A stretch of 64,000 nucleotides of DNA from Promethearchaeota archaeon (GTDB taxonomy: Archaea > Asgardarchaeota > Lokiarchaeia > Sigyniarchaeales > SOKP01), in NCBI GenBank assembly GCA_008080735.1, contig SHMW01000007.1:1-64000 (forward strand). The letters run 5' to 3'. The notes beneath the pieces are model-generated. The model did not search any database and was not told where the DNA came from. It saw only the letters and a list, made by a program, of their open reading frames with translations. This document shows, in pieces, positions 48,350 through 58,039 of the stretch (position 1 is its first letter; every line of letters begins with the position of its first letter). Made by a program: the position numbers and the translations under genes.

Positions 48350-48501
48350 CAGTAATATATTCTTATCAATTAAAATAAATTAAATTTCTTATTTATTCTT
48401 AAGAAATTCATTAATTTAATTTTTGTTAAATCTAGCTAAAGCCTTTTTTGTCTTTCATAAATCAAAATTAAAGAAATTTTTTTTTTTTTAACAAGAGCGG
48501 A

Positions 48502-49239
48502 TTATTGCCGACTAGCGTTATTATTATCTTTAATTCTCTGTTTTATTTGGGGTATTAATTCGGGAATTTGAGCTACGGAAGGGATGATAAAATCCGGATT
48601 ATATGCTTTAAATTTTTTTTCAGAAAACACACCTGTTAAAACTCCAATAGTTATTGCGTCCACCTCTTTTCCCATCTGAATGTCTGTATGCATATCACCA
48701 ACCATTACCACCCTATTTAAAGATGTTTTCATTAATTTAGCCGCTTTAGTTATACTCTCTGGATGGGGTTTTAAATGTTTTACATCTGACCGAGTTATAA
48801 TCTTCCCATCCAATTTATTATATAGGTCAGAAAATTTAGTCAGTCTATCATCTGCCTCATCTTTGGAAGAAGTAGTCGCTATCGCATAATTATAATTATT
48901 TTCATCTAAAAAAGTGAAAAGGTCACTCACGCCATCATATAAATCTACTTTTTTATTCTCTTCTTTGAAAATTTTGGATGAAATATATAGCGCGCGTACT
49001 CTTTGAAAAAAATTCAATCCTAACTTCTTAAAAATTGCCCACATCAATTTGATTCCAAGGTTTTTTCGATTCTCTCCCTGAATAATTTCATAGGTGAGTT
49101 CTTCGATTTCTTTCTCAGTTTGTTTATCAACTTCAATATTGAAGGTTTTATAGATTTCTCTTTCTATCTTATCCCCGATTTCTGTTGAGTTTATGAGGGT
49201 TCCATCCAAATCAAATACAAAGCTTATTCCATTATCCAT
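48502..49239 (-). CDS. HAD-superfamily hydrolase (phosphoglycolate phosphatase-like)
   Basis: FDLDGTL, ATTS, KPHP, VGDMHTD. Confidence 0.92.
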   Translation of the reverse strand: MDNGISFVFDLDGTLINSTEIGDKIEREIYKTFNIEVDKQTEKEIEELTYEIIQGENRKNLGIKLMWAIFKKLGLNFFQRVRALYISSKIFKEENKKVDLYDGVSDLFTFLDENNYNYAIATTSSKDEADDRLTKFSDLYNKLDGKIITRSDVKHLKPHPESITKAAKLMKTSLNRVVMVGDMHTDIQMGKEVDAITIGVLTGVFSEKKFKAYNPDFIIPSVAQIPELIPQIKQRIKDNNNASRQ

Positions 49240-49451
49240 ATTATGACGTCAAAATGTAGTATTTGATTAAAAAATTGCCATTCAATTAGCTAAAGAAATT
49301 TCTTACCTTTTTATAATATTGAAAATTTAATATGTTAGTCTAAAATTTTAAAAATTTTTAATAAGCATCTAGAATAGTCTAAACTATATTTTCGTATTAT
49401 TAAAATAGTAATCATACAATAAATAACAATTCTTTCGAATATCCTGGTAGA

Positions 49452-50036
49452 ATGCCGGACTTATATAGTATAGGAATGAGATTAACTTTTATAGGAAAAT
49501 TCAGAAAATTTCCGGAGCAATGGAGAAATAAATTCAATTGGGGAGATTTAGCTTTAGAAATTGGATGCGGTACTGGGGAGTGGTCTAAGATTCCGAAAGA
49601 AAAACATAAGATTGTAATAGGACTTGAAATTTCTGAAGAATTTTTAGAAACTCAATTAGATTGCAGAAAGAAAAGTGTTAATAATGATTTTTGTGACCAT
49701 CTCGTATGCGCAAGCGCCGATTTTCTTCCATTTAGAAATAATTCTATTGATGTGGGCTACAGTTGTGATGTAATTCATCATATACCCATCAAAAGACAAG
49801 CAAAATTTTTTAAGGAATGTAAAAGAGTAATTAAGAAATATTATATGCCCTTGGAAATGAAATTATACGGATTTCCACTAGTTTTCACAACTATTGCTGA
49901 TGAGCTCCAGAAAAGAATTTGGGGTTATGGTTATAATTATGATCGTTCAATATTCTTAAGCAGCTTTACAATAAGAAATCATACAAAAACTTTCATGTAT
50001 GACTGGTTTATTGCTGAATGTAGTGAACATTTATGA
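49452..50036 (+). CDS. Class I SAM-dependent methyltransferase
   Basis: LEIGCGTG, LPFRNNSID, VIHHI. Confidence 0.85.
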   Translation: MPDLYSIGMRLTFIGKFRKFPEQWRNKFNWGDLALEIGCGTGEWSKIPKEKHKIVIGLEISEEFLETQLDCRKKSVNNDFCDHLVCASADFLPFRNNSIDVGYSCDVIHHIPIKRQAKFFKECKRVIKKYYMPLEMKLYGFPLVFTTIADELQKRIWGYGYNYDRSIFLSSFTIRNHTKTFMYDWFIAECSEHL

Positions 50037-50081
50037 AATAATTTCTCTATCTAATCTATATAAGCCTTCAGCTTTTCTTCA

Positions 50082-50855
50082 CTATTGATTTACAATATCA
50101 TTGACTAAAACTTTAGATATTCTTTTAAGCACTTGTTTTTGAAGTCTCAAATTATGGACTCTAATTCTATCGGAAAATTCAATTTGGATAGTCTGGTTGT
50201 GATCTATATTTTGAACCCCATATTTTTTGGTGATAAAACCTCCTTTAAGAACATATTCCCTTCGTCGAGGATGACCCGGAGCTATGGGAATGTCAAGTTC
50301 TAGTAGATTTTTTATTAATCGACCGCGAATATTTTTGTCCCAATCTTTTTTGGGAATCGAATAAGGTATCAAAGATTTTAAATTATTAGTTCCGAATATA
50401 ACATCAACATCTCGATAACCTTTCGGACGCTTTTCAGTTTCGTAACCATGAATATCTAATAGAATTGATCTTCCAAAAGTCTGTATAGAATTGTTGACAT
50501 AGTCATTTAGTTTGTTGTGATAAAGATCATAAATTTTTCCCGCCAATTCTGAGGAGCTTAAGAATGCTTTTTCTTTTTTTCTGTTGATATCTATTCGGCT
50601 TCTATGAATTTTCGAGATAACATAATATGGTTTTTTCAGCTCAGAATGTTTTTTTTTAAACGCAAGTTCAATTTCTTTTATTAATTCTTTTCCTAATTGT
50701 ATTGTGTATTTATCTATTCCAAGCACTCCATTATTACGCTCAGGTATATCTTTAAGTTTGATTGTACCTCCATGTGGAATAGAAATAATCAATGGAATGG
50801 TTCCCTTTTGAAATTCAACATAATTAGTAAAATCTGTCATGATCGTCGCAGTCAA
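50082..50855 (-). CDS. N-formylglutamate amidohydrolase-like protein
   Basis: IISIPHGG, HRSRIDINR, YH, LDIHG, IQIE. Confidence 0.8.
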   Translation of the reverse strand: MTATIMTDFTNYVEFQKGTIPLIISIPHGGTIKLKDIPERNNGVLGIDKYTIQLGKELIKEIELAFKKKHSELKKPYYVISKIHRSRIDINRKKEKAFLSSSELAGKIYDLYHNKLNDYVNNSIQTFGRSILLDIHGYETEKRPKGYRDVDVIFGTNNLKSLIPYSIPKKDWDKNIRGRLIKNLLELDIPIAPGHPRRREYVLKGGFITKKYGVQNIDHNQTIQIEFSDRIRVHNLRLQKQVLKRISKVLVNDIVNQ

Positions 50856-50894
50856 TAAAGAAGAATTATAAATAAAAAAAGAATTTAACTATAC

Positions 50895-51353
50895 TTACCC
50901 AAGAGTAGTATATCTCCAAATTACAAATACACCCAGCCAGAGAATCACATTTATGATGCCAAAAACGTAGTAAGGCCAAGGAGATTTATGATATCTGAAG
51001 AGTAAATGGGCAAATACCCAAGAACTGGCCGCTCCAACCGCAACAAATATAATATCCATTACTAAGTTTTGGAGGCTATCCAATCGAAATTCAAATTTGA
51101 GTCCTAAATCATACAAGATTGTATTTTCAAGAAGCTCCCAAAGTATTCCTATTGCAACTGTTATTATCCAGACTGCCCATAAGGGCAAGTAAACCTGGGA
51201 GGTTCCCTCTTCTTTCGACATTGGAATGGTATATAGTAGAGAAAAGAATAAGAAAATCGCAATTCCCCCACAGAGATGCCCGATTGAAAAAAAATCTATA
51301 TATGATTGTCCCACTTCACCAGGTATTTCTGCGATAAACCAATTTCCGATCAT
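50895..51353 (-). CDS. Membrane protein (DUF2585-like)
   Basis: DFFSIGH, WELLEN, DSLQNLVMD within TM helices. Confidence 0.6.
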   Translation of the reverse strand: MIGNWFIAEIPGEVGQSYIDFFSIGHLCGGIAIFLFFSLLYTIPMSKEEGTSQVYLPLWAVWIITVAIGILWELLENTILYDLGLKFEFRLDSLQNLVMDIIFVAVGAASSWVFAHLLFRYHKSPWPYYVFGIINVILWLGVFVIWRYTTLG

Positions 51354-51494
51354 TTTTTATTTGAAATTATAGATGGTAATTTTAGATTCTAATGTAAAGA
51401 TTCTCTAATAAATTTGATTTAATTTCATGGATTGTATTATATATAGTTTTCAAGCATCAAATTCAAAATGATTTATTTAACTGGTTAAAATTAA

Positions 51495-52766
51495 TTGACA
51501 AAGAGCAAAATTGGTTTTGTCGTCTATTATGAAAGAAATTCTCTCTACAGCTTTAATGCTATTGTGGCGGCACTCGAAACCGATGAAAAAACACAAAACG
51601 TTGATATATATTATGTTAAAAGCTCCGACACCCTCTTGTCAAGTATTAAAATCGCTTTAAATCATAATGGATTTGTGGTGGTTGGATTTTCTATATATTC
51701 AACTGAATTTTGGGAATATAGACAAATATTGAGAAAAATAAAAAGAAAATTCAAAAATCAAGTCTATCTAGTTGCGGGTGGACCTCATCCATCAGGAGAT
51801 CCGCGCGGTACATTAAAGTTGGGATTTGATTATGTATTTGTGGGAGAAGCAGAAAAATCAATTATCAGATTCTTTTCCAAACTTCACAATGGAGAAAAAC
51901 CCAAGAATATTCCTGGAATCGCTTATATAGATAAAAATGGAAGATATCATTTTGAAAAACACCGAGATCTCATAGATTTAAATGATTATCCTCCATTTCC
52001 GCTAAAAAATACACAATATGGAGCTATTGAAATAAGCCGAGGATGTCCTTATAAATGTTATTTTTGTCAAGCATCTTATACAATGGGTAGCATGCCAAGA
52101 TATAGAACGGTAGATGAGATTTGCAAATATATTAGAATTTTAGCAAATGAAGATTTAGTGGATATACGATTTATCACTCCAAATGCTTTCTCATATGGCT
52201 CTAAAGATGGAAAAAGCGTAAATCTTGAAAAAATCGAAGAATTGCTTTCACGAGTGAAGCAGATAATCGGAAAAAAGGGACGGATATTTTACGGTTCTTT
52301 TCCTTCAGAGGTGAGACCAGAACATGTGTCGCCAGAAGTTTTAAATCTAATCCTGAAATATGCAGATAATGATAATATCATTATAGGGGGGCAATCGGGA
52401 AGTCAGCGAATGTTAGATATTTGTAATCGTGGACATACTGTAGAAGATATATACAAAGCAGTGAAAATCGTAATAAATTCGGGATTGAATGTGAATGTAG
52501 ATTTCATTTTTGGTTTGCCAAAGGAAAATGACCAAGATAGAAAAATGACCCGAGAAGTGATGAAAGATTTAATTGATATTGGTGCGAAAATACATGCTCA
52601 TACCTTTATTCCATTACCTAAAACTCCATTTTCCAATGCTAATCCAAAAAAAATTGATAAACTCACTAAAGAATTCATTAAGAAGAACATGGCTGATATC
52701 TATGGAAATTGGAAAAAACATGAGAAGATCTCATTTCAAATTCAGAAAAAATTAAAATATAGCTAA
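51495..52766 (+). CDS. B12-binding-domain radical SAM protein (TIGR04013-like)
   Basis: AGGPHPSG, GEAE, RGCPYKCYFCQ, FPSEVRPE. Confidence 0.88.
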   Translation: MTKSKIGFVVYYERNSLYSFNAIVAALETDEKTQNVDIYYVKSSDTLLSSIKIALNHNGFVVVGFSIYSTEFWEYRQILRKIKRKFKNQVYLVAGGPHPSGDPRGTLKLGFDYVFVGEAEKSIIRFFSKLHNGEKPKNIPGIAYIDKNGRYHFEKHRDLIDLNDYPPFPLKNTQYGAIEISRGCPYKCYFCQASYTMGSMPRYRTVDEICKYIRILANEDLVDIRFITPNAFSYGSKDGKSVNLEKIEELLSRVKQIIGKKGRIFYGSFPSEVRPEHVSPEVLNLILKYADNDNIIIGGQSGSQRMLDICNRGHTVEDIYKAVKIVINSGLNVNVDFIFGLPKENDQDRKMTREVMKDLIDIGAKIHAHTFIPLPKTPFSNANPKKIDKLTKEFIKKNMADIYGNWKKHEKISFQIQKKLKYS

Positions 52767-52792
52767 GATAGAATAAGCTTTACAATTACTAT

Positions 52793-53662
52793 TTACTTGG
52801 AAACGATAATTATTCTATCTTTCATTGTTAAAAACCCCTCTTTTTCTAACTGTGAAACAACCTCATTAATTTTTTTTTTCTCAAAATTTAATTTTTGGTA
52901 TAGTGCCTCTAAATTAATCTCGGATTTTTCCAACACCAATTTTAGAACTTTTCCTCTTAATTGTCTGGTTGAGCCTTTAAATTTTTTTTGTTTACGATAG
53001 TGTTTTGAACGTTTATTTAATCCGGGATGTGATTTTTTAAGCATAACTCCATAATCCATTAGAGCATAATACCATTTTCGGGGATTCTGAGTATCGGTTG
53101 TTTTTTGTAATAATTCCATAATTTCTTTATCATCTACATCGTCCCTTCCAGGAAAGAAAAAGTAAATATACACACGACGGATATTTGTTTCGATAAAAAA
53201 TGTGGGCTTATTAAACGCAAACGACACGATGGAAGATGCCGTGTTATGTCCAATTTGGGGAAATGTCTTTAAAATCTTCACTTCTTCCGGAAGTTGTCCA
53301 TTATATTCATTAATTACCATATCAGAGATATTCTTTAGTGCTACAGCCCTTCTGTTATAACCTAATCCTTGCCATTCTTTTAACACATCATCTAACTCTG
53401 CGTTTGCTAAAGCATTGAAATTTGGGAACTTTTTGATGAAGTCTAAAAATTTTTGAGAAACTCTGCTCGTTTGGGTTTGTTGGAGCATTATTTCTGAAAC
53501 CAAAACATAATAAGGTGAGATTTTATCTCTAAACGGAAATTTCCGTCCTTTTTTATGATAATACTCGTATATTATATCTCTAAATTTCTTAATAACTTGA
53601 TCGGATAACCCTTTTTGTTTGTACAGATTATGAAATTCTGAGATTAAAATATAGAACACCAC
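52793..53662 (-). CDS. mutY: MutY-like HhH-GPD adenine glycosylase, short form without Fe-S motif
   Basis: VSEIMLQQTQ, WQGLGYNRRA, ETNIRRV, ALMDYG; no CX6CX2CX5C. Confidence 0.85.
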   Translation of the reverse strand: MVFYILISEFHNLYKQKGLSDQVIKKFRDIIYEYYHKKGRKFPFRDKISPYYVLVSEIMLQQTQTSRVSQKFLDFIKKFPNFNALANAELDDVLKEWQGLGYNRRAVALKNISDMVINEYNGQLPEEVKILKTFPQIGHNTASSIVSFAFNKPTFFIETNIRRVYIYFFFPGRDDVDDKEIMELLQKTTDTQNPRKWYYALMDYGVMLKKSHPGLNKRSKHYRKQKKFKGSTRQLRGKVLKLVLEKSEINLEALYQKLNFEKKKINEVVSQLEKEGFLTMKDRIIIVSK

Positions 53663-53799
53663 ATTATTTTTTGTTATTAGAAATATGAGTGGAATAATGA
53701 AATTTGGTATTATTTTTTATAACTGGAATAAAAATAAGAAGCGAAGCCAAGGATTAAGTATAAGAATTGAAACTAAAAGAATCCCTAATAGCCTTTAAT

Positions 53800-55710
53800 T
53801 CATTCTTTTGTAATGTCCATCTTAAATTCAGTCACACCACCCTCAATTCGTCTTACTGTAAGAGGATAATCGGCACTGTCGATAATGTGGAGCATTGCTT
53901 TATTTTCTAGTAAAATGGTTCCTGTAAAAGCTTTATAGTTTAGTTCTCGAGCGATTTGTACAAGATAATTCAATAAAAATTTTGTTATTCCTAAACCTCG
54001 CCAATCTGGATGTACGGCAAATGCAATTTCGGCGACAGAAGGTTTATTTGTGCTAAAGAAGCCTCCTTCAGCAATAATTTTTTTCACTTCATTTTTTTCA
54101 TGGACTCCTACAAGGATCATACTGGTAGAATAGTCTATGATCACCATAGGAGAAACGGTTTTATGGCGAAATGCCTTTACGGGCGTAAAAAACCGATAAT
54201 ATCTGTCCTTTTCATTTAACGAATAGAGTAATTCTTGAATTAGCCGTTCATCTGTCGGCTTGATTGGTCGGATTTTAATAGTTTCTTCGTTAGATAAGTC
54301 CAAAGTAGTTTCATATTTTTCGGGATATACACTAATCCGTCCTTCTACTGATTTGGGTAATTTCTGATCTGAATAGATATAATTCCACTCTTTAGCTTTC
54401 TGTAATAATTCATCTCTAAAATCAGGATGGGCAATGTTAATCATCTGTAGAACACGTTCACGAATATTTTTCCCATACAAATAGGCTATACCCCATTCAG
54501 TGACGACATAATGGACCTCGTGCCGAGGAATAACCACCCCAGAACCGGGTTGGAGATTAGGTACGATCCGAGAGACAATCTCTCCATCTTTAAGTTTTGC
54601 TGTAGAAGGTAACACCATAATAGGTTTTCCTTCGGGCGCTCTCCCCGCACCGCGTACAAAGTCTGCTTGCCCCCCAATTCCGCTGTAGAATTCATGCCCA
54701 ATTGAATCTGAGTTTACTTGGCCTGTGACGTCTACAGAGAGTGCAGCATTGATTGCAACTTGCTTTCTATTTTGACTAATTATGTATGGGTCGTTAACAT
54801 ATTCTACGGGATGGAACTCAATCATCGGATTATTGTCAACAAAATCATAGAGTCTACGTGAACCCATCACAAACGAACAAATGATTTTTCCTTTGTGTAA
54901 TGTCTTCTTTTTACATGTAACTATTCCCTCCTCCACAAGGTCCACTACCCCATCAGAAAAAACCTCACTATGAACCCCTAAATCCTTTTTATCCATAAGT
55001 GCTTGTGTGACGGCGTTTGGTATCTGACCGATACCCATTTGGATCGTGGATTCATCTTCAATAAGAGAAGCTACATAGTTAGCAATTTTTTTGGCTATAT
55101 CGTCGGGTTCATCATATGAGAATTCGAGAATATCTCGATCAACAACCACAAACGCGTCAATATCCGCTATATTTATAAAGGAATTTCCTAACGTGCGTGG
55201 CATATTTGGATTTATTTCCGCAATTACATAGTCCGCAGCTTCCGCAAGAGGTTTAACAATGTCTACATTAATTCCATAACTACAAAAACCATATTGATCC
55301 GGAGGAGATACTTGGATTAATGCTGTATCTAAATGCATTTGACCGCTTAAAAAGAGCTTAGGTATTTCTGATAAAGGCATTGGTGTATAGTCTGCTTGTC
55401 CTCGTTGTACTGCTCCTCTCAAACTCTTCCCGATGAAAAACGCATTATGTCGGAATAAATCTTCGATCCCCCCTGCCTTTTTATAATATTCAAGGTCAGA
55501 TAAGCTTAAAAAGTGGATTATTTCAATGTCAGGTAATTCTGGACTTAGTTCGATCAATTTTTTAGTGAGATCCAAAGGCTCTGATAATCCAGAGTCTATG
55601 AATATCCGATCTGCAGGATTAATATAATCTCTAATAGCTTTCTCAAGCGGGACTTGTTTATCTTGATATTTTTTTATATATGAATTACTATCCATTTTCT
55701 CAGAAACCAT
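53800..55710 (-). CDS. Acetyl-CoA hydrolase/transferase fused to a C-terminal GNAT domain
   Basis: QMGIGQIP, HSEVFSDG, SGIGGQADF, VVTEWG; C-terminal AFAVHPDWRGLGI. Confidence 0.9.
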   Translation of the reverse strand: MVSEKMDSNSYIKKYQDKQVPLEKAIRDYINPADRIFIDSGLSEPLDLTKKLIELSPELPDIEIIHFLSLSDLEYYKKAGGIEDLFRHNAFFIGKSLRGAVQRGQADYTPMPLSEIPKLFLSGQMHLDTALIQVSPPDQYGFCSYGINVDIVKPLAEAADYVIAEINPNMPRTLGNSFINIADIDAFVVVDRDILEFSYDEPDDIAKKIANYVASLIEDESTIQMGIGQIPNAVTQALMDKKDLGVHSEVFSDGVVDLVEEGIVTCKKKTLHKGKIICSFVMGSRRLYDFVDNNPMIEFHPVEYVNDPYIISQNRKQVAINAALSVDVTGQVNSDSIGHEFYSGIGGQADFVRGAGRAPEGKPIMVLPSTAKLKDGEIVSRIVPNLQPGSGVVIPRHEVHYVVTEWGIAYLYGKNIRERVLQMINIAHPDFRDELLQKAKEWNYIYSDQKLPKSVEGRISVYPEKYETTLDLSNEETIKIRPIKPTDERLIQELLYSLNEKDRYYRFFTPVKAFRHKTVSPMVIIDYSTSMILVGVHEKNEVKKIIAEGGFFSTNKPSVAEIAFAVHPDWRGLGITKFLLNYLVQIARELNYKAFTGTILLENKAMLHIIDSADYPLTVRRIEGGVTEFKMDITKE

Positions 55711-55861
55711 TATTATTACTTAATGTATTATAAAAGAAAAATAGCGATTAAACTTTATTTATAGGAAGATTTGGGATTCTTAAAGAAAGGCGTGTATTTC
55801 GAATTTAAACCGTGAAGATATGAAATATCTCAACATTAAAATGAAAAAATGAAAAAAGAAA

Positions 55862-56257
55862 CTATATTTTGTTGAATTTTTTCTTAATCTTTTTTACTCG
55901 ATTTCTGTTTTTGCCCCAATCATATCCTCCAATGCGGGATTGTGATCTTAGATGGATTAAGTTATTCTCCTCATCAAAATAGACCTCAACATCATCATCA
56001 AATCGGAATAAAAATGTGGTGAATTTTGCGCGGAGATAATTTTCTTTATTCTCTAAAATCTCCGTACGGCTCATTGAATTAATAACTTCAAGCATTTTTT
56101 CCTTCGCCTCCTCTATCGATGTATTTAAGGAGAGCGGTTCAATATAGTGCTTTTCATCGTCTTTTGGTGCTTGAGTTGACACGCATACATGTTTTTCTGG
56201 ACAAGGGTAAAATTTTCCATCTTCCACTAGCCCTACTTTTCTCTCTTCAGAAGGCAT
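55862..56257 (-). CDS. DUF1499 family protein
   Basis: PCPEKHVCVSTQ, FDDDVE, RSQSRIGGYDWGKNRNR. Confidence 0.85.
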   Translation of the reverse strand: MPSEERKVGLVEDGKFYPCPEKHVCVSTQAPKDDEKHYIEPLSLNTSIEEAKEKMLEVINSMSRTEILENKENYLRAKFTTFLFRFDDDVEVYFDEENNLIHLRSQSRIGGYDWGKNRNRVKKIKKKFNKI

Positions 56258-56433
56258 ACTAATATGTCATCTCTAAATTGGATTGATATTAATTAACTTA
56301 GGCAGATATTAAAGATTTGAGTCTTTAAAAAATAAACTTTTAATAAATTTTTTCTATTTTATAAAAATTAGGTTTAAGTAAATAGGGGAGATAATTTTAA
56401 TAATAAGTATTTAACAGATGGAAACTGAGTTCA

Positions 56434-56907
56434 ATGAAAGATAAATTTGATATGGTCGGAACTAAAATAGAAGAGTTTTCATTGCCAAATTCACGTGGAG
56501 AGAAATTAAATATCCGAGACCTTCAAGGAAAGAATGTAGTAGTGGTCTTGCTGAGAGATATTAAGTGACCGTATTGTAGATGGCATATCGGGCATCTTCG
56601 CAGAGATTATGACAAATTCCAAGACAAAAATACCGAATTATACCCTATTTTAGTAGACGAGGAAGAAAACGCTCAAAAGATGGAAGAAAAATATGCACGT
56701 AATAAATATCCCATTTTTTACGATAAGGAAAACCAAGTTGCGGAAATGTTAAACCAAGAGAAAAAGCTATTGAAGTTGGGGAGATTACCCGGATTACTCA
56801 TACTCGACAAGGAAAATGTCATACAATATGCATATTATAGCGATTCAATGAAAGATATTCCAGAAAATGAGGAACTTTTTGAAGTTATAAATAATTTGAA
56901 TGAATAA
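56434..56907 (+). CDS. Peroxiredoxin-like (AhpC/TSA) selenoprotein with UxxC; the ORF track shows only the C-terminal part
   Basis: ATG 56434 in frame; FSLPNSRGEKLNIRDLQGKNVVVVLLRDIK-TGA(56566-56568)-PYCR continues without other stops into the 75-aa ORF (PGLLILDKENVIQYAY); 157 aa. Confidence 0.85.
56835..56890 (+). promoter_or_regulatory. Candidate SECIS element inside the 3' end of the selenoprotein CDS
   Basis: TTATAGC-GATTCA-ATGA-AAGATATTCC-AGAAAATGA-GGAACTTTTT-GA-A-GTTATAA: 7-bp lower stem, GA core, 10-position upper stem with two mismatches, A-rich loop. Confidence 0.45.
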
Positions 56908-57077
56908 CCGATTTGGAGGGAATAAAGAAAAAAATGCTGGTCTTTATTCTTAAAAGTTAGCCACACTTACCAAATTAATCCTTTTTTTTTTAATTTCTTA
57001 CCATACCTTCCTTTCCCAATATTATTAGGCGAGCGATTAAATCACTATATTAAAGAAGTAAAAATAGGAGATTAAAG

Positions 57078-57875
57078 ATGCCGATTTTCCACTATAACGA
57101 TATCAAAATCAATTACATCGATAAAGGAGAGGGAGTGCCGTTAGTGTTATTAATGGGATTTGGAACACAGATGCGTGCATGGACTTTCCAAATCACGTAT
57201 TTTAAAAAACGAGTGCGGGTAATTAGCTTTGACAATCGTGGAACGGGAAGAAGTTCGCGACCCGATTATCCCTATTCGATGGAGATATTTGTTAAGGACT
57301 TGGATTATTTATTAAAGCACCTAAATGTAAATGAGAAGGTTTTTCTCTGCGGAATATCGATGGGTGGGATGATTGCTCAGCAATTTGCTCTGAAATACCC
57401 GAAAAGAGTAAAGGGATTAATATTAATTGCTACCTCTGCGATAGCTGACCCCAAGGATTTGGTGGAAAGAATGAAAATAATTAGCTCCTTCTCTCCAGAA
57501 CAACAACTCAAAGCGAGAACTTCCTTATTATATTCTAGATCATTCCAGAAAAGGATTTTTGAGGATGAACAACTCCTAAGGTTCTTTTTGAATGGTATGG
57601 ATAAAAATAGGACGACACTTCAGGATTATCACAACCAAGCGGCAGCTATTAAGAAGCATGATACAAGAAAAAAGCTAGAAGAGATCCCCCATCCTACTCT
57701 CATAATTGTTGGATCAGAAGATAGAGTGATACCACCCTCACACTCAAAATATTTAGATAAAAACTTGGAGAATTCTAAACTTATTATTTTTGAAGGATTT
57801 TCACATGGATTAATTGTCGAAGCAGCTCACAAAGTAAATCGAACCATATGGAAATTTATACAAGACTTTGTTTAG
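57078..57875 (+). CDS. Alpha/beta hydrolase
   Basis: FDNRGTGRS, GISMGG, GSED, SH. Confidence 0.92.
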   Translation: MPIFHYNDIKINYIDKGEGVPLVLLMGFGTQMRAWTFQITYFKKRVRVISFDNRGTGRSSRPDYPYSMEIFVKDLDYLLKHLNVNEKVFLCGISMGGMIAQQFALKYPKRVKGLILIATSAIADPKDLVERMKIISSFSPEQQLKARTSLLYSRSFQKRIFEDEQLLRFFLNGMDKNRTTLQDYHNQAAAIKKHDTRKKLEEIPHPTLIIVGSEDRVIPPSHSKYLDKNLENSKLIIFEGFSHGLIVEAAHKVNRTIWKFIQDFV

Positions 57876-58039
57876 TGATTTATTTAAACAAGTATATATA
57901 TTATATTCATCAAATTCTTATTTTTACTTGGGTTAATAAATAATTAAGTTTTTTATTCTAAAATGCAATATAAAAGGTAATGAAATCTTTTTAGAAATTT
58001 ACTAAACAAAAAATCTAAAATAAATTTATGTGATGTCAA

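Noticed and set aside
56920-56950. Hairpin GAATAAAGA..TCTTTATTC downstream of the selenoprotein as a SECIS
   Set aside because: It lacks the tandem GA core; the candidate inside the CDS fits better
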